Assembly: GCA_963778505.1 (NCBI GenBank)
Contig: CAVZUH010000004.1
Location: 973,607 to 1,037,606, forward strand
Length of the DNA: 64,000 nucleotides
From: an uncultured Actinomycetota bacterium
GTDB lineage: Bacteria; Actinomycetota; UBA4738; HRBIN12
Direction: 5' to 3'
In this document: in pieces, positions 18,804 through 32,749 of the stretch
Numbering within the stretch: the stretch's first letter is position 1
Layout of the letters: every line of letters begins with the position of its first letter
Notes under the pieces: generated by a model
Told to the model about the DNA's origin: nothing
Seen by the model: the letters and a program-made list of their open reading frames with translations, nothing else
Databases searched by the model: none
Program-made: the position numbers and the translations under genes

Positions 18804-19965
18804 CTAGTGCCCCATCCCCACCCGCTGCGCCGCCTGGTAGGTCTTGCCCTCGGTCTTGATCGAAGGCGCGATCACGAGCTCGGCCTTCTGGAACTCCTTG
18901 ATCGTGGCGTAGCCCGTGGTGGCCATCGAGGTGGCGAGGGCCCCGAACAGGTTGAAGGTGCCGTCGTTCTCGTGCGCCGGCCCCACCAGGATCTCCTCCA
19001 GCGACGCGACCTGCTGCGTCTTCACCCTCGCGCCGCGCGGCAACGTGGGATGGAACGTCGCCATCCCCCAGTGGTAGCCGCGGCCGGGCGCCTCGTACGC
19101 GCGGGTGAGCGGCGAACCGATCATCACCGCATCGGCCCCACAGGCGATCGCCTTGGCGATGTCGCCGCCGGTGCGCATCCCACCGTCGGCGATCACGTGG
19201 CAGTAGCGACCCGTCTCGTGGAGGTGCTCGCGCCGGGCCGCCGCCGCGTCGGCGATCGCGGTGGCCTGCGGCACGCCCACCCCAAGCACACCTCTTGTGG
19301 TGCAGGCGTTCCCAGGCCCGACACCGACCAGCACCCCGACCGCGCCGGTCCGCATCAGGTGCAGCGCGGTCGAGTACGAGGCGCAGCCGCCGACGATCAC
19401 CGGCAGGTCGAACCCGGCGATGAACTCCTTCAGGTTGAGCGGCTCGGTCTGCGTGGAGACGTGCTCCGCCGAGACCACCGTCCCCTGGATCACCAGGACG
19501 TCGAGCCCCGCCTCCAGCACGATCGGTGCGAATCGCTCGACGCGCTGCGGCGTGAGCGAGGCGCACGAGACGACGCCGCCCGCCTTGATCTCCTCGATCC
19601 GGCTGCCGAGCAGCTCCTGCCTTCACCGGCTCCTGGTAGAGCTCCTGCATCCGGCGCGTCGCCTTGTCGTCGGACAGGCCGGCGATCTCTTCGTAGATCG
19701 GCTCCGGATCCTCGTACCGCGTCCACAGTCCTTCGAGGTTGAGACAGGCGAGCCCTCCGAGCTTCCCGATCAGCACCGCGGTCTGGGGCGAGACGCTCGC
19801 GTCCATCGCCGACGCCATCATCGGGAGCCCGAACCTGTAGGCATCGACCTCCCAGCTGATGTCGACGTCGTCGGGATCGCGGGTCCTCCGTGACGGGACG
19901 ATCGCGACCTCGTCGAAACCGTACGCCCGCCTCGCCGTCTTGCCGATACCGATCTCGAACTCCAC
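18804..19965 (-). CDS. guaB3: GuaB3-type IMP-dehydrogenase-related protein, no CBS pair (one frame break near 19600)
   Basis: The N-terminus is [63 protein letters not shown] 18804..19520 gives [14 protein letters not shown]...PVIVGG...[28 protein letters not shown]. This is the pattern of mycobacterial GuaB3. The span is 1162 nt (3n+1). Confidence 0.85.
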
Positions 19966-19986
19966 CCCGCTACCCCCCGAAACGCG

Positions 19987-20018
19987 AGACGCCCATCCGG
20001 AACCCCGGATGGGCGTCT
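19987..20018 (-). terminator. strong hairpin terminator downstream of the DinB/cysC/phosphodiesterase unit
   Basis: A perfect 14-bp stem (AGACGCCCATCCGG / CCGGATGGGCGTCT) has a 4-nt loop. On the minus strand it is followed by CGCGTTTCGG. It sits between the DinB stop (20066) and the guaB3 start (19965). Confidence 0.6.
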
Positions 20019-20065
20019 GACCGATGCATGGGCTCAGCGTACCAGCAGGCCCCGACGCGGCTCGC

Positions 20066-20606
20066 TCAGCCTCCGGAAACCGCTTCGAGGGCTCGCTCGG
20101 CCTGTGCCAGGTGGAAGCGGTCGTGCCCCGCGATCATCCGGAACAACAGGTCGAAGCTTTCCGGCCCGCGCTCTTCGTGCATGCCGACACGGGCGCGTTC
20201 CTCCTCGGAGGATCGCGCCCACAGCGCGAGGTTGGCCGCCCGGAGGGGTTCGAACAGCCGCAGGAGCTCGTTCGGGTCCTCCTCTCGCGGCGCGTGAAGC
20301 TTGTCGACCCACAGATCCTGGTCGTAGCCGATCAGGGGCGGCTCGTCGTGGGCGAGGATCCATCGGTAGCGAGCCGTCGAGACCACCTCGGCGTCGACCG
20401 CGTGCCCCAGGCACTCGATCACCGACCACTCCGAGAGCTCCGGGCGAACGTGACCCTCGTCTCCCGCATCGCTCACCAGCGAGCGCCAAAGATCGGCGCG
20501 TCCCCGTCTGGACGGCCTTCGGATCGTCATCCGCCAGCAGCGAAAGGAGGTGGTCTTGGTACGCCTTCGGTTCGGAGATCGGGTCCGGTGACGAGGGAGC
20601 GTCCAC
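20066..20606 (-). CDS. DinB-family (DinB_2-like) protein (one frame break)
   Basis: The N-terminus [32 protein letters not shown] comes from ORF 20034..20606. It joins ORF 20066..20530 ([16 protein letters not shown]...[20 protein letters not shown]), which carries His-rich four-helix DinB motifs. Confidence 0.65.
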
Positions 20607-20634
20607 GGCTCGACTCTACCGGCGGTCTCGCGAC

Positions 20635-21264
20635 TCAGTCCTCTTTCGCGACGTGCCCCGAATCGGTCACGCGGAGGTCGGTGAGTCCCGAGTGCACGCG
20701 GTCTCCTTCCACGAGGAGGGTCGCGTCCTCGATGTGACCGAGCCTCTGCAGCGTGTCCATGACCTTCTGCAGCGACTGCTCGGGTGTCTCCACCAAGGTA
20801 TCGACCACGAGCTCCGGGGTCTCCGGCACCTCGTAGGGATCGTCGACACCGGTGAAGCCGGTGATCTCACCGGCGAGCGCCTTCTTGTACAGGCCCTTCG
20901 GGTCGCGGTGGGCGGCGATCTCCTCCACCGTCGCATGGACGTAGACCTCGACGAACGCGCCGATCTGGGCCCGCACCGTGTCGCGAGCCTCCTTGTACGG
21001 CGAGATGGGGCAACAGATCGTGGCGACGCCGTTGCGGGTCAGGAGGTCCGCGACGAAGCCGATCCGCAGGATGTTCGTGTCCCGGTCCTCCTTGGAGAAC
21101 CCGAGACCCTTCGACAGGTTCTGCCGCACCACGTCGCCGTCGAGGATCTCCGTCTTCAGCATCCGGGCCTGGAGCTCGTGGTACAGCATCTCGGCGATCG
21201 TGGACTTCCCGGAGCCGGAGAGGCCGGTGAACCAGACCGTGAACCCCTTCTGCTCGGGTGCCAT
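20635..21264 (-). CDS. cysC: adenylylsulfate (APS) kinase
   Basis: Intact 209 codons from ATG 21264..21262: MAPEQKGFTVWFTGLSGSGKSTIA...LDGDVVRQNLSKGLGFSKEDRDTNILRIGFVA. The start shares one base with the upstream gene stop (TGATG). Confidence 0.92.
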   Translation of the reverse strand: MAPEQKGFTVWFTGLSGSGKSTIAEMLYHELQARMLKTEILDGDVVRQNLSKGLGFSKEDRDTNILRIGFVADLLTRNGVATICCPISPYKEARDTVRAQIGAFVEVYVHATVEEIAAHRDPKGLYKKALAGEITGFTGVDDPYEVPETPELVVDTLVETPEQSLQKVMDTLQRLGHIEDATLLVEGDRVHSGLTDLRVTDSGHVAKED

Positions 21265-22661
21265 CAAAGGAAGCTCCTCGAGGTGGACCCCTCGAGGGCC
21301 TCGATCCCGTACAGCGAGAGGATCGTCGGACCTACGTCGACGAGTTCGAGCCCCTCGACCTTGCCGATCGGCTGTCCGGGCGCCCCCTTCATCGCGAAGA
21401 CGCCGGTCCGGTCGTGGTTCGCGCCGTCCGGCCCGATGTCGTTCTCGTACGTGTAGATGCCTCCGCCTCCGACGGCGCCGACGGAGCGCCAGGCCAGGTC
21501 CCCGAAGTAGACGAGCAGGTCTGGCGCCACGCCGCGGACCTCCGGGTAGACGTCCTGCGGCTTGTGCACCGTGGTGCCGAGCGGCTCGCCGTTCGGACCC
21601 GGCATCGCGACCAACCTCGCCGCGAGCTCGTCGCGCACGGTGTCGTACTGAGCGGGCTCGATCACGCCCTGCGGTTCGCGGCCGGCGACGTTCAGGAACA
21701 ACCGGCCGTAGTAGCCCCCATCGCCCCACGCCGTCGTGCGACCCCAGTCGATCCCGGCCTTCGCGATCGGCGTCATCTCGGACACCGGCTCCTTCAGCGT
21801 CAGGTAACCGTTCTCGATCAGCCAGTCGTTGAAACAGATCCCGCCCATCATCGGGCGGGCACCGTGATCGCTCATCACGATCGTGATCGCGTCCTCGGGG
21901 AGCAGCTCCAGCAACGTCCCCACCTCGTCGTCGAGTGCCCGGTAGTAGCGCTGGAAGGCGTCCTCGAACGCGTTGCCCGGCTTGTAGAGCGGATGCGACG
22001 GGTCGAAGTAGTGCCAGAACACGTGGTGGAGCCGGTCCATGCCCATCTCGACCAGCATGAAGAAGTCCCAGGGCTTCTCTTTCACGAGGCGCCGCGCCAC
22101 CTTGAATCGGCGCTCGGTCATCTTGAAGACCTGCTCGAGGACGAATTCCATCCCCTGCCGGCGGAAGTTCGGGATGTCGAAGATGTACTCACCCTTCCCC
22201 CCGAGCTCCTCTTCGATCTCCACCTCGAGCTCATGCGGGAACGCGTAGTGCTCGGCCGACGGAGGAGTGAGGAAGCACCCGACCCGCCAGCCCGGGAACT
22301 CCTTGGGTGGCGGGAAGCCGGGCGGCACCCCGATCAAGAGCGAGGACTTGCCCTGCGCGCCGAGGGTGTCCCACACGGCGGGCGCCTTGATCGAGCCGGA
22401 GTGCGCGATCGCGAGGTTCTCGTAGCTGGTGTCCTTGCGGTTGCGGAAGCCGTAGATGCCCAGCTCACCCGGCGTCTGGCCGGTCATCGCGCAGGCCCAG
22501 GCGGGGATCGTGATCGGCGGGGTGATGCTGGCGAGGTCGCCGTGCATCCCTTCGGAGATCAACTTGGAGATGTTGGGAACCTCTGAGGCGAGATCATCGA
22601 ACAGGAGCTGCGGGGTGCCGCAGTCAAGACCGATGACCGCGACCCGGGGACCTTGTTGCAT
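21264..22661 (-). CDS. alkaline-phosphatase-superfamily protein (type I phosphodiesterase / nucleotide pyrophosphatase-like)
   Basis: Intact 465-aa ORF. It contains VAVIGLDCGTP, PPITIPAWACAMTGQTPGELGIYGF (nucleophile-Thr region), IVMSDHGARP and GANHDRTG, the metal-ligand blocks of the NPP/AP superfamily. Confidence 0.8.
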   Translation of the reverse strand: MQQGPRVAVIGLDCGTPQLLFDDLASEVPNISKLISEGMHGDLASITPPITIPAWACAMTGQTPGELGIYGFRNRKDTSYENLAIAHSGSIKAPAVWDTLGAQGKSSLLIGVPPGFPPPKEFPGWRVGCFLTPPSAEHYAFPHELEVEIEEELGGKGEYIFDIPNFRRQGMEFVLEQVFKMTERRFKVARRLVKEKPWDFFMLVEMGMDRLHHVFWHYFDPSHPLYKPGNAFEDAFQRYYRALDDEVGTLLELLPEDAITIVMSDHGARPMMGGICFNDWLIENGYLTLKEPVSEMTPIAKAGIDWGRTTAWGDGGYYGRLFLNVAGREPQGVIEPAQYDTVRDELAARLVAMPGPNGEPLGTTVHKPQDVYPEVRGVAPDLLVYFGDLAWRSVGAVGGGGIYTYENDIGPDGANHDRTGVFAMKGAPGQPIGKVEGLELVDVGPTILSLYGIEALEGSTSRSFL

Positions 22662-22822
22662 GTCGACGTCGTCCTTCCTTGGCTCCTAGCCTGACTTCCT
22701 TCGCTGGGATCGAGGGTCGAAGCCGGAGCCGAGCGCGTCGGAACGCGGGGCGGCTCAACGGTTCTCGTATGCTACCAACCCGCCCGAAACGCCGACCAAG
22801 AGCTTCCGGAGATGCCGCTTCG

Positions 22823-23221
22823 ATGAGCCTGTTGCGCCGTGTGCTCGGTGTGGGCGCCGTGGTGACCCTCCTACTGTCCGGTCCGCTCGTCCTGATCCCT
22901 CGGACGATCGTCGAGGGCCTCCTGGGGCAGGCGCCGATCACCGACGAGGTCTGGATCAGGCTCTTCGGGACCGCGGGCATCGCCATCGCGCTGTTCCACG
23001 TGCTGATCCTCAGGAAGCTCGACGACCTCTGGTGGTGGGCGTGGGCCTTCGTCATCTTCGACGGGCTGTCCTCCGTGATCGTCATCACCCATGCTGCGGT
23101 CGCCGTTCCGGAGGGGTCGTCCGGATGGCCCTGGTGGGCGTACGGAGCGATCAGCGTCCTGTTCACTGCGTTGTACGTCGTCGGTCTGGCGAAAGCCGGC
23201 CAGGAGAAGCCGTTCGCCTGA
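22823..23221 (+). CDS. hypothetical small integral membrane protein
   Basis: From ATG 22823 the reading is MSLLRRVLGVGAVVTLLLSGPLVLIP...LFGTAGIAIALFHVLIL...WWWAWAFVIFDGLSSVIVI...WPWWAYGAISVLFTALYVVGLA, about 4 TM helices. The upstream part of track ORF 22679..23221 is Arg-rich and looks non-coding. Confidence 0.5.
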   Translation: MSLLRRVLGVGAVVTLLLSGPLVLIPRTIVEGLLGQAPITDEVWIRLFGTAGIAIALFHVLILRKLDDLWWWAWAFVIFDGLSSVIVITHAAVAVPEGSSGWPWWAYGAISVLFTALYVVGLAKAGQEKPFA

Positions 23222-23711
23222 TCGGCGAGGGTTCCGTGGGGAGCGCACGCACCATCAGCACTGCGGTGTCGCTGTCCCACTCGCCGCGCAGGTCTCGCCC
23301 GAGCACGAAACCCGTCGAGCGGTAGAAGGCGCGCGTCGATCCGTACCCATCGTCGGGCTCAAGACCGGGGTCGCTCGGTGACACCGTGAGGACCATCAGG
23401 ACCCGTCGGCCTTCGGCGGCGAGCTTCTCGGCGAGCCGGTCGATCAGCGCGTGACCGATGCCGCTGCGCCGGCGGTCGGCGCGGACCGCCATCCACGTGA
23501 TCTCCGCCGCTTCGTCGAACCGGTACACGTACGTGAGGAATCCCAGGACCTCGCCGTCCTGGTCTGCGACGAGTCCCGGGTCGCGGCGAACCGCGACCGC
23601 GCAGTCGAGCCTGCCCTGTTCGAGAGCGAAGTGGTACGGGAGGCCCGCCACGATGCGGTCACATGCGTCCGCATCGTCCGGGTCGAGAGCCCGGATGCCG
23701 ACCCCGGTCAT
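23163..23711 (-). CDS. GNAT-family N-acetyltransferase
   Basis: ATG 23711..23709 opens MTGVGIRALDPDDADACDRIV...EITWMAVRADRRRSGIGHALIDRLAE...AFYRSTGF (acetyl-CoA R-x-x-G-x-G motif). It has an ATGA overlap with the upstream dehydrogenase stop. Its 3' end overlaps the convergent membrane gene by ~58 nt. Confidence 0.8.
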   Translation of the reverse strand: MTGVGIRALDPDDADACDRIVAGLPYHFALEQGRLDCAVAVRRDPGLVADQDGEVLGFLTYVYRFDEAAEITWMAVRADRRRSGIGHALIDRLAEKLAAEGRRVLMVLTVSPSDPGLEPDDGYGSTRAFYRSTGFVLGRDLRGEWDSDTAVLMVRALPTEPSPIRRTASPGRLSPDRRRTTQ

Positions 23712-24793
23712 CCCCGGGCGGCGTCCACGCGTACGCGAGCCATGCGATCGGCGGCCGCCGCGGTTGAGAGACCGTCGCGTTCGGCCGATCCGAACACGTC
23801 CAGCAGCGTGTCCCCGATCCCCTCCAGCCGCTTGGCCATCGTGGCGTCGTCCCAACCGAGGGTCTCGTACCCCGCGAGATGGATCACACCGCCCGCGTTG
23901 ATCACGAAGTCGGGCGCGAAGAGGATGCCGGCGTCGCGGAGGCGCTCGCCGTCCTCCGGGACGCCGAGCTGGTTGTTGGCGGCGCCGGCGACGATCCTGC
24001 ACCGTAAGAGTGGGATCGTCGCATCCGTGAGCACCTTGCCGGTCGCGCACGGCGAGAAGACGTCGCATTCCGTGCCGTTCACGTCTTCGGTCGCAACGAC
24101 CTTCGCGCCTACCCGATCCGCGACGGCAGAGGCTCGAGTGGCATCGAGATCGGTGACGAGGAGCGTGACATCCGCGTCGTGGAGATGCTCGACCAGGCGC
24201 CCGCCGACCGAACCGAGACCTTGGACGAGCACCGAGCGGCCGGCGAGATCGGTTCCGAAGGCGTGTCGCACCGCCGCCTCGATCCCATGGAAGACGCCCC
24301 GAGCGGTCGCGGCGCCGGGGTCGCCCGCGCCTCCGTTGGTCTTCGACCGGCCGAGGACGTGGGACGTCCGCTCGCCGACAATGTCCATGTCCTTCTCGCC
24401 GGTGTTCATGTCGGCCGCCGTCACGTAGGTCCCGTGGAGCGATCTCACCAGCTCCGCGTAGCGGAGCAGAAGCGTGCGGCGGTCCTCGCTTCCGGGTGTG
24501 GGGACCTCTGGGACGTCGATCACGGCTTTGCCGCCGCCGAAGGGGGTGTCGGCGGCCGCGTGCTTCAGGGTCATCGCGCTCGAGAGCCGAAGGACGTCGT
24601 CGAGCGCCTCCGAGGCAGAGCCGTACGACTTCAGCCGTGTCCCGCCCATCGCGGGTCCGATGAGCGTGCTGTGCACGCCGATGAACATCCAGGCCTGCGT
24701 CGGCCGATCATGGTGCACGACGACTTGCTCACCGTCCCAGTCGCCGATCAGCTCCTCGAACGCCACGCTTGCGAGTCTAGGCGGCGGCGTCAT
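23708..24793 (-). CDS. Glu/Leu/Phe/Val dehydrogenase family protein (leucine/valine-dehydrogenase-like)
   Basis: Intact 361 codons from ATG 24793: GPAMGGTRL, LKHAAADTPFGGGKAVI (catalytic Lys block) and VLVQGLGSVGGRLVEHL (Rossmann). The longer track ORF 23708..25027 has an Arg-rich, implausible upstream part. Confidence 0.85.
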   Translation of the reverse strand: MTPPPRLASVAFEELIGDWDGEQVVVHHDRPTQAWMFIGVHSTLIGPAMGGTRLKSYGSASEALDDVLRLSSAMTLKHAAADTPFGGGKAVIDVPEVPTPGSEDRRTLLLRYAELVRSLHGTYVTAADMNTGEKDMDIVGERTSHVLGRSKTNGGAGDPGAATARGVFHGIEAAVRHAFGTDLAGRSVLVQGLGSVGGRLVEHLHDADVTLLVTDLDATRASAVADRVGAKVVATEDVNGTECDVFSPCATGKVLTDATIPLLRCRIVAGAANNQLGVPEDGERLRDAGILFAPDFVINAGGVIHLAGYETLGWDDATMAKRLEGIGDTLLDVFGSAERDGLSTAAAADRMARVRVDAARG

Positions 24794-24811
24794 CGACTTC
24801 GCAGAACGGAG

Positions 24812-24835
24812 GAGGCCGCCCTCCCGGGCGGCCTC
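24812..24835 (-). terminator. hairpin terminator downstream of groEL
   Basis: A perfect 10-bp stem (GAGGCCGCCC / GGGCGGCCTC) has a 4-nt loop. It lies 23 nt past the groEL stop (24859). On the minus strand TCCGTTCTGCG follows. Confidence 0.6.
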
Positions 24836-24858
24836 GTGCTCCGGTGTCGGGCCGAGGT

Positions 24859-27304
<2,446 letters not shown>

Positions 27305-27350
27305 GTGACGTTCCATCCCGTGTCGAACGCGGCGGGGACCACTCGACGGC

Positions 27351-28292
27351 TCAGACGCCTTTGAGGTAGGCGACCGTCTCCGCGAGGCCGTCCTCGAGGT
27401 GGGTCCACGGCTTCCATGCGATCGCCGACGTCGCCGCCGAGATGTCGAGCGCCATCCGCCGCAGCTCCGCGGGGGTCTGCGACCCGTGCTCCGGTTCCCC
27501 CGCGAATCCGGTGAGCTCGGCGAGCAGCCGGAAGAGATGGTTCACGCTCGTTTCCAGACCCGTGCCGATGTTCACGAGCTTCCCTGACCCGCGATCCATC
27601 GCCTGCACGAACGCGTGGACCGTGTCGTCGATGAAGACGAAGTCGCGGGTCTGGTTGCCGTCACCGAAGATCGTGGGCGCCTCGCCCGTCAGCATCTTCG
27701 CGGTGAAGATCGCCACGACGCCGGCCTCCCCTTCCGCGTCCTGGCGCGGCCCGTAGACGTTCGCGAGCCCGAGAGCCGTGAAGTCCAAGCCCCGGTATCG
27801 CTGGAAGTAGGCGAGGTAGTCGAGGGCGACCTTCTTCGAAACACCGTAGGGCGATAGCGGCCGGGAGCCTTGCGCCGCTGTCTCTTTCGTCGGAAGGCGG
27901 CGCGGTTCTCCGTACACCGTGCCGCCGCTCGCCGCGTAGATGACCTTGCGCGCGCCGATGTGCGCCGAGGCCTCCAGCACGTTCAGCAGACCCATGATGT
28001 TCACGCTCGCATCGTGAACCGGATCCGTCGAGCGAGGGCCGCACGCCTGCCGGCGCCGCCAGGTGGAACACGACCTCGGGTCGGTGGCGTTCGAACTGCG
28101 ACGCGAGACCCTCGGCCCGGACATCCATGTTGAAGAACGAGAACTCCTTGCCGTAGCCACGGGCTTCGACCAGGTTCGCGATCTTCCCCGTCGACAGGTC
28201 GTCGACCGAGATGACCCGGTGGCCCTCGGCGAGGAGGCGCTCAGCGAGTTGTGAGCCGATGAACCCGGCGCCCCCGGTCACCAGGACGGTCG

Positions 28293-28296
<4 letters not shown>
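27351..28296 (-). CDS. NAD-dependent epimerase/dehydratase (UDP-glucose-4-epimerase-like; one frame break near 28050)
   Basis: GTG 28296 (a GTGA overlap with the tsaD stop) opens VTTVLVTGGAGFIGSQLAERLL. ORF 27351..28160 continues with VIYAASGGTVYG...SPYGVSKKV...NVYGPRQ. Confidence 0.85.
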
Positions 28297-30508
<2,212 letters not shown>

Positions 30509-30512
<4 letters not shown>

Positions 30513-31031
30513 CGCCCCGCCCCACCCGCCGGAACGTCTCCGTCGATGGCCCGGAAGGGCTCCAGCGCGGCCTCCAGCCTCTCCCACCGCGCCGCCCAGG
30601 ACCGCCCCTGCGGCGGCGATCACGATCCGGCGGGTCGTCCGCATCCGCCCGGTCCGTCGTGAGCTGCACGCGGAGCCTGTCTTCGGGGAGGAGCTCCCGC
30701 ACGGCGTCCCCCCACTCGACCAGGAGCACCCGTCCCGGACCGCCCATCTCGTCCAGTCCGAGGTCAACGACGTCTTGGACCCGCTCCAGCCGGTAGACGT
30801 CGACGTGGACGACGTCGAGACGCCCCGTGTATTCGCGCACCAGCGTGAACGTCGGGGAAGCGACGTGTTCGAGCACGCCGAGACCGCGCCCGATCCCCTG
30901 GACCAGTGTCGTCTTGCCCGCTCCGAGGTCGCCCGTGAGGACACCGTGTCGCGCGGCTGCAGCAGGGTGGCGAGGGCATGTCCGACCTCGCGCGTTCGAT
31001 CGGCGGTCTCCGTCTCGATCTCGATGACCAT
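30509..31031 (-). CDS. tsaE: tRNA threonylcarbamoyladenosine biosynthesis ATPase TsaE (several frame breaks)
   Basis: ATG 31031 opens MVIEIETETADRTREVGHALATLLQP. It continues LTGDLGAGKTTLVQGIGRGLGV...SPTFTLVREY...HVDVYRL. The corrected tail ARWERLEAALEPFRAIDGDVPAGGAGR ends in a TGA that overlaps the tsaB ATG. Confidence 0.85.
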
Positions 31032-31033
31032 GG

Positions 31034-31709
31034 TCAGAACAGCTCGAGCTGCTCCTCGGGCGCCGGTTCGGCCTCGGGCACGGTCGACGGGCTCGGGGAC
31101 TGCGGTCGGAGACGGACTCGGGGCTCGGGCGTGCGGCGTCGAGCGTAGCGAGGGTCTCCCGCACGAGCTCGAAGTCGTCGCGGAACTCGAGGAACTGCCG
31201 CGAGGACTCTCCGCCGCCGCGCAGGATCGCGGCGGGGTGGAAGGTGGGGATCACGATCCGACCGTGCCAGGGGTAGGCGTGCCCGCGCATCCGCGTGATG
31301 CCCTGCGCGGTCTGCAGGACGAACTTCGTGGCGAAGTTGCCGAGCGTGACGATCACCCGCGGTTGGATCGAGGGAAACCTGCTCGACCAGCCACGGCGTG
31401 CACGACTCGATCTCGTCTTCCTGCGGGTCGCGGTTCCCGGGAGGCCGGCATTTCGATCACGTTGGCGATGTAGACGTCCTCACGAGCGATGCCGAGGACC
31501 TCACCCAGCATCCGTGTGAGCAGCTGGCCGGCAGCGCCGACGAACGGCTCGCCCTGCTTGTCCTCGTGGAACCCCGGCGCCTCCCCGATGAACATCACGT
31601 CCGCGTCTGCGTTCCCGACGCCGAAGACCACCTGGGTGCGGCCGCTCGCGAGCCGACACCTCGTGCAGCCCGCCGCCTCGGCGGCGACGTCAGCCAGCGT
31701 CCGGGTCAC
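31034..31709 (-). CDS. udg: family 4 uracil-DNA glycosylase (frame breaks)
   Basis: ATG 31709 opens [67 protein letters not shown] 30397..31356 continues with [11 protein letters not shown]...[19 protein letters not shown]. The stop is TGA 31036..31034, 2 nt before the tsaE start. Confidence 0.85.
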
Positions 31710-32749
31710 GCCGCCCCCCTTCGCCCCTTGCGTTCAGGCGCCTTCCCGAGCCCCATCGCTTCGCGTGCGAAGGATCGCAGCTCCGGGTTGAGCCGCTCGG
31801 GACGCTCCAGCATCGCGATGTGACCTGCCCCCTCGACGATGAACAGCCTACCCTTCGGGAGTGCCGCGGCGAGCTCGACGGCGACGGCGGGCGGCGTGAC
31901 ACGATCTTGATCGCCCACGGCGACGAACGCGGGCACGGTGATCCTCGGCAGGGCGTGCCGGAAGTCCATGCCGCATCAGCTCCGAGAGGCCGTCCGTCCA
32001 CACGAGGGAGGACGTGCGCTCGGCCAGGTGCAGGACGTGGTTCGACGACGTCGTCCGGCGCCTCCGGGGCGAACTGCGTCACGCGGGCGACGATCGCCGG
32101 GACGTCGCCCGGTCCGGCGAGGATCGCCTTGCGGAGGCGATCGACGCGGCGGGCGGCCGCGGCGACGGAACCGAGTCGCGGTCGCAGGAGGTCGGTCACG
32201 CCGCCCATCGCGCCCCGCAGGAGGTCCGAGGCCGACGCACCGAGGAGCACCACGCCGACGATCCGCTCGCCGAACAGGTCAGGTCGCTGCTCGGCGAGCG
32301 CCAGGATCGCGATCGCGCCCATCGAGTGACCGATGAGCACGGCGCGCCTCTCAGACGCGACGGCGTCCAGCACCGTCGCCAGGTCTCTGCCCATCGACCG
32401 CAGGGTCACGTCGCCGGTCGGAGGCACCTCGCTCCGGCCGTGCGCGCGGTGGTCGAGCGCGACGCACCGGAACTCGTCGCCGAGATCGGACCACTGCTCG
32501 CGCCACGTCGTCATGTCGAGGCTGAACCCGTGGGAGAACAGCAGGAGCGGCGCCTCCGGCGGCCCGGCCGCGCGCACGGCGAGCTTCGTCCCGTCGAACG
32601 CCTCGACCGGCCCGAGGTCCTCGGGTGGCGGAGCCCACGTGGTCGCCGCCGGCCGGCCGTCGGCGGCGCCAGAGCGCCCCTCCCGCGAGGCCGGCGGCGA
32701 CGGCCCCCGCCGCGATGCTCGCAGAGACGACCGCGGTCCGCTTCGTCAC
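31706..32749 (-). CDS. membrane-anchored alpha/beta-fold hydrolase (frame breaks)
   Basis: GTG 32749 (a GTGA overlap with the alr stop) opens [27 protein letters not shown]. It continues [16 protein letters not shown]...HRAHGRS...[14 protein letters not shown] (nucleophile elbow). The C-terminus is in ORF 31706..31969 ([10 protein letters not shown]...[12 protein letters not shown]). An ATGA overlap joins it to udg. Confidence 0.8.
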
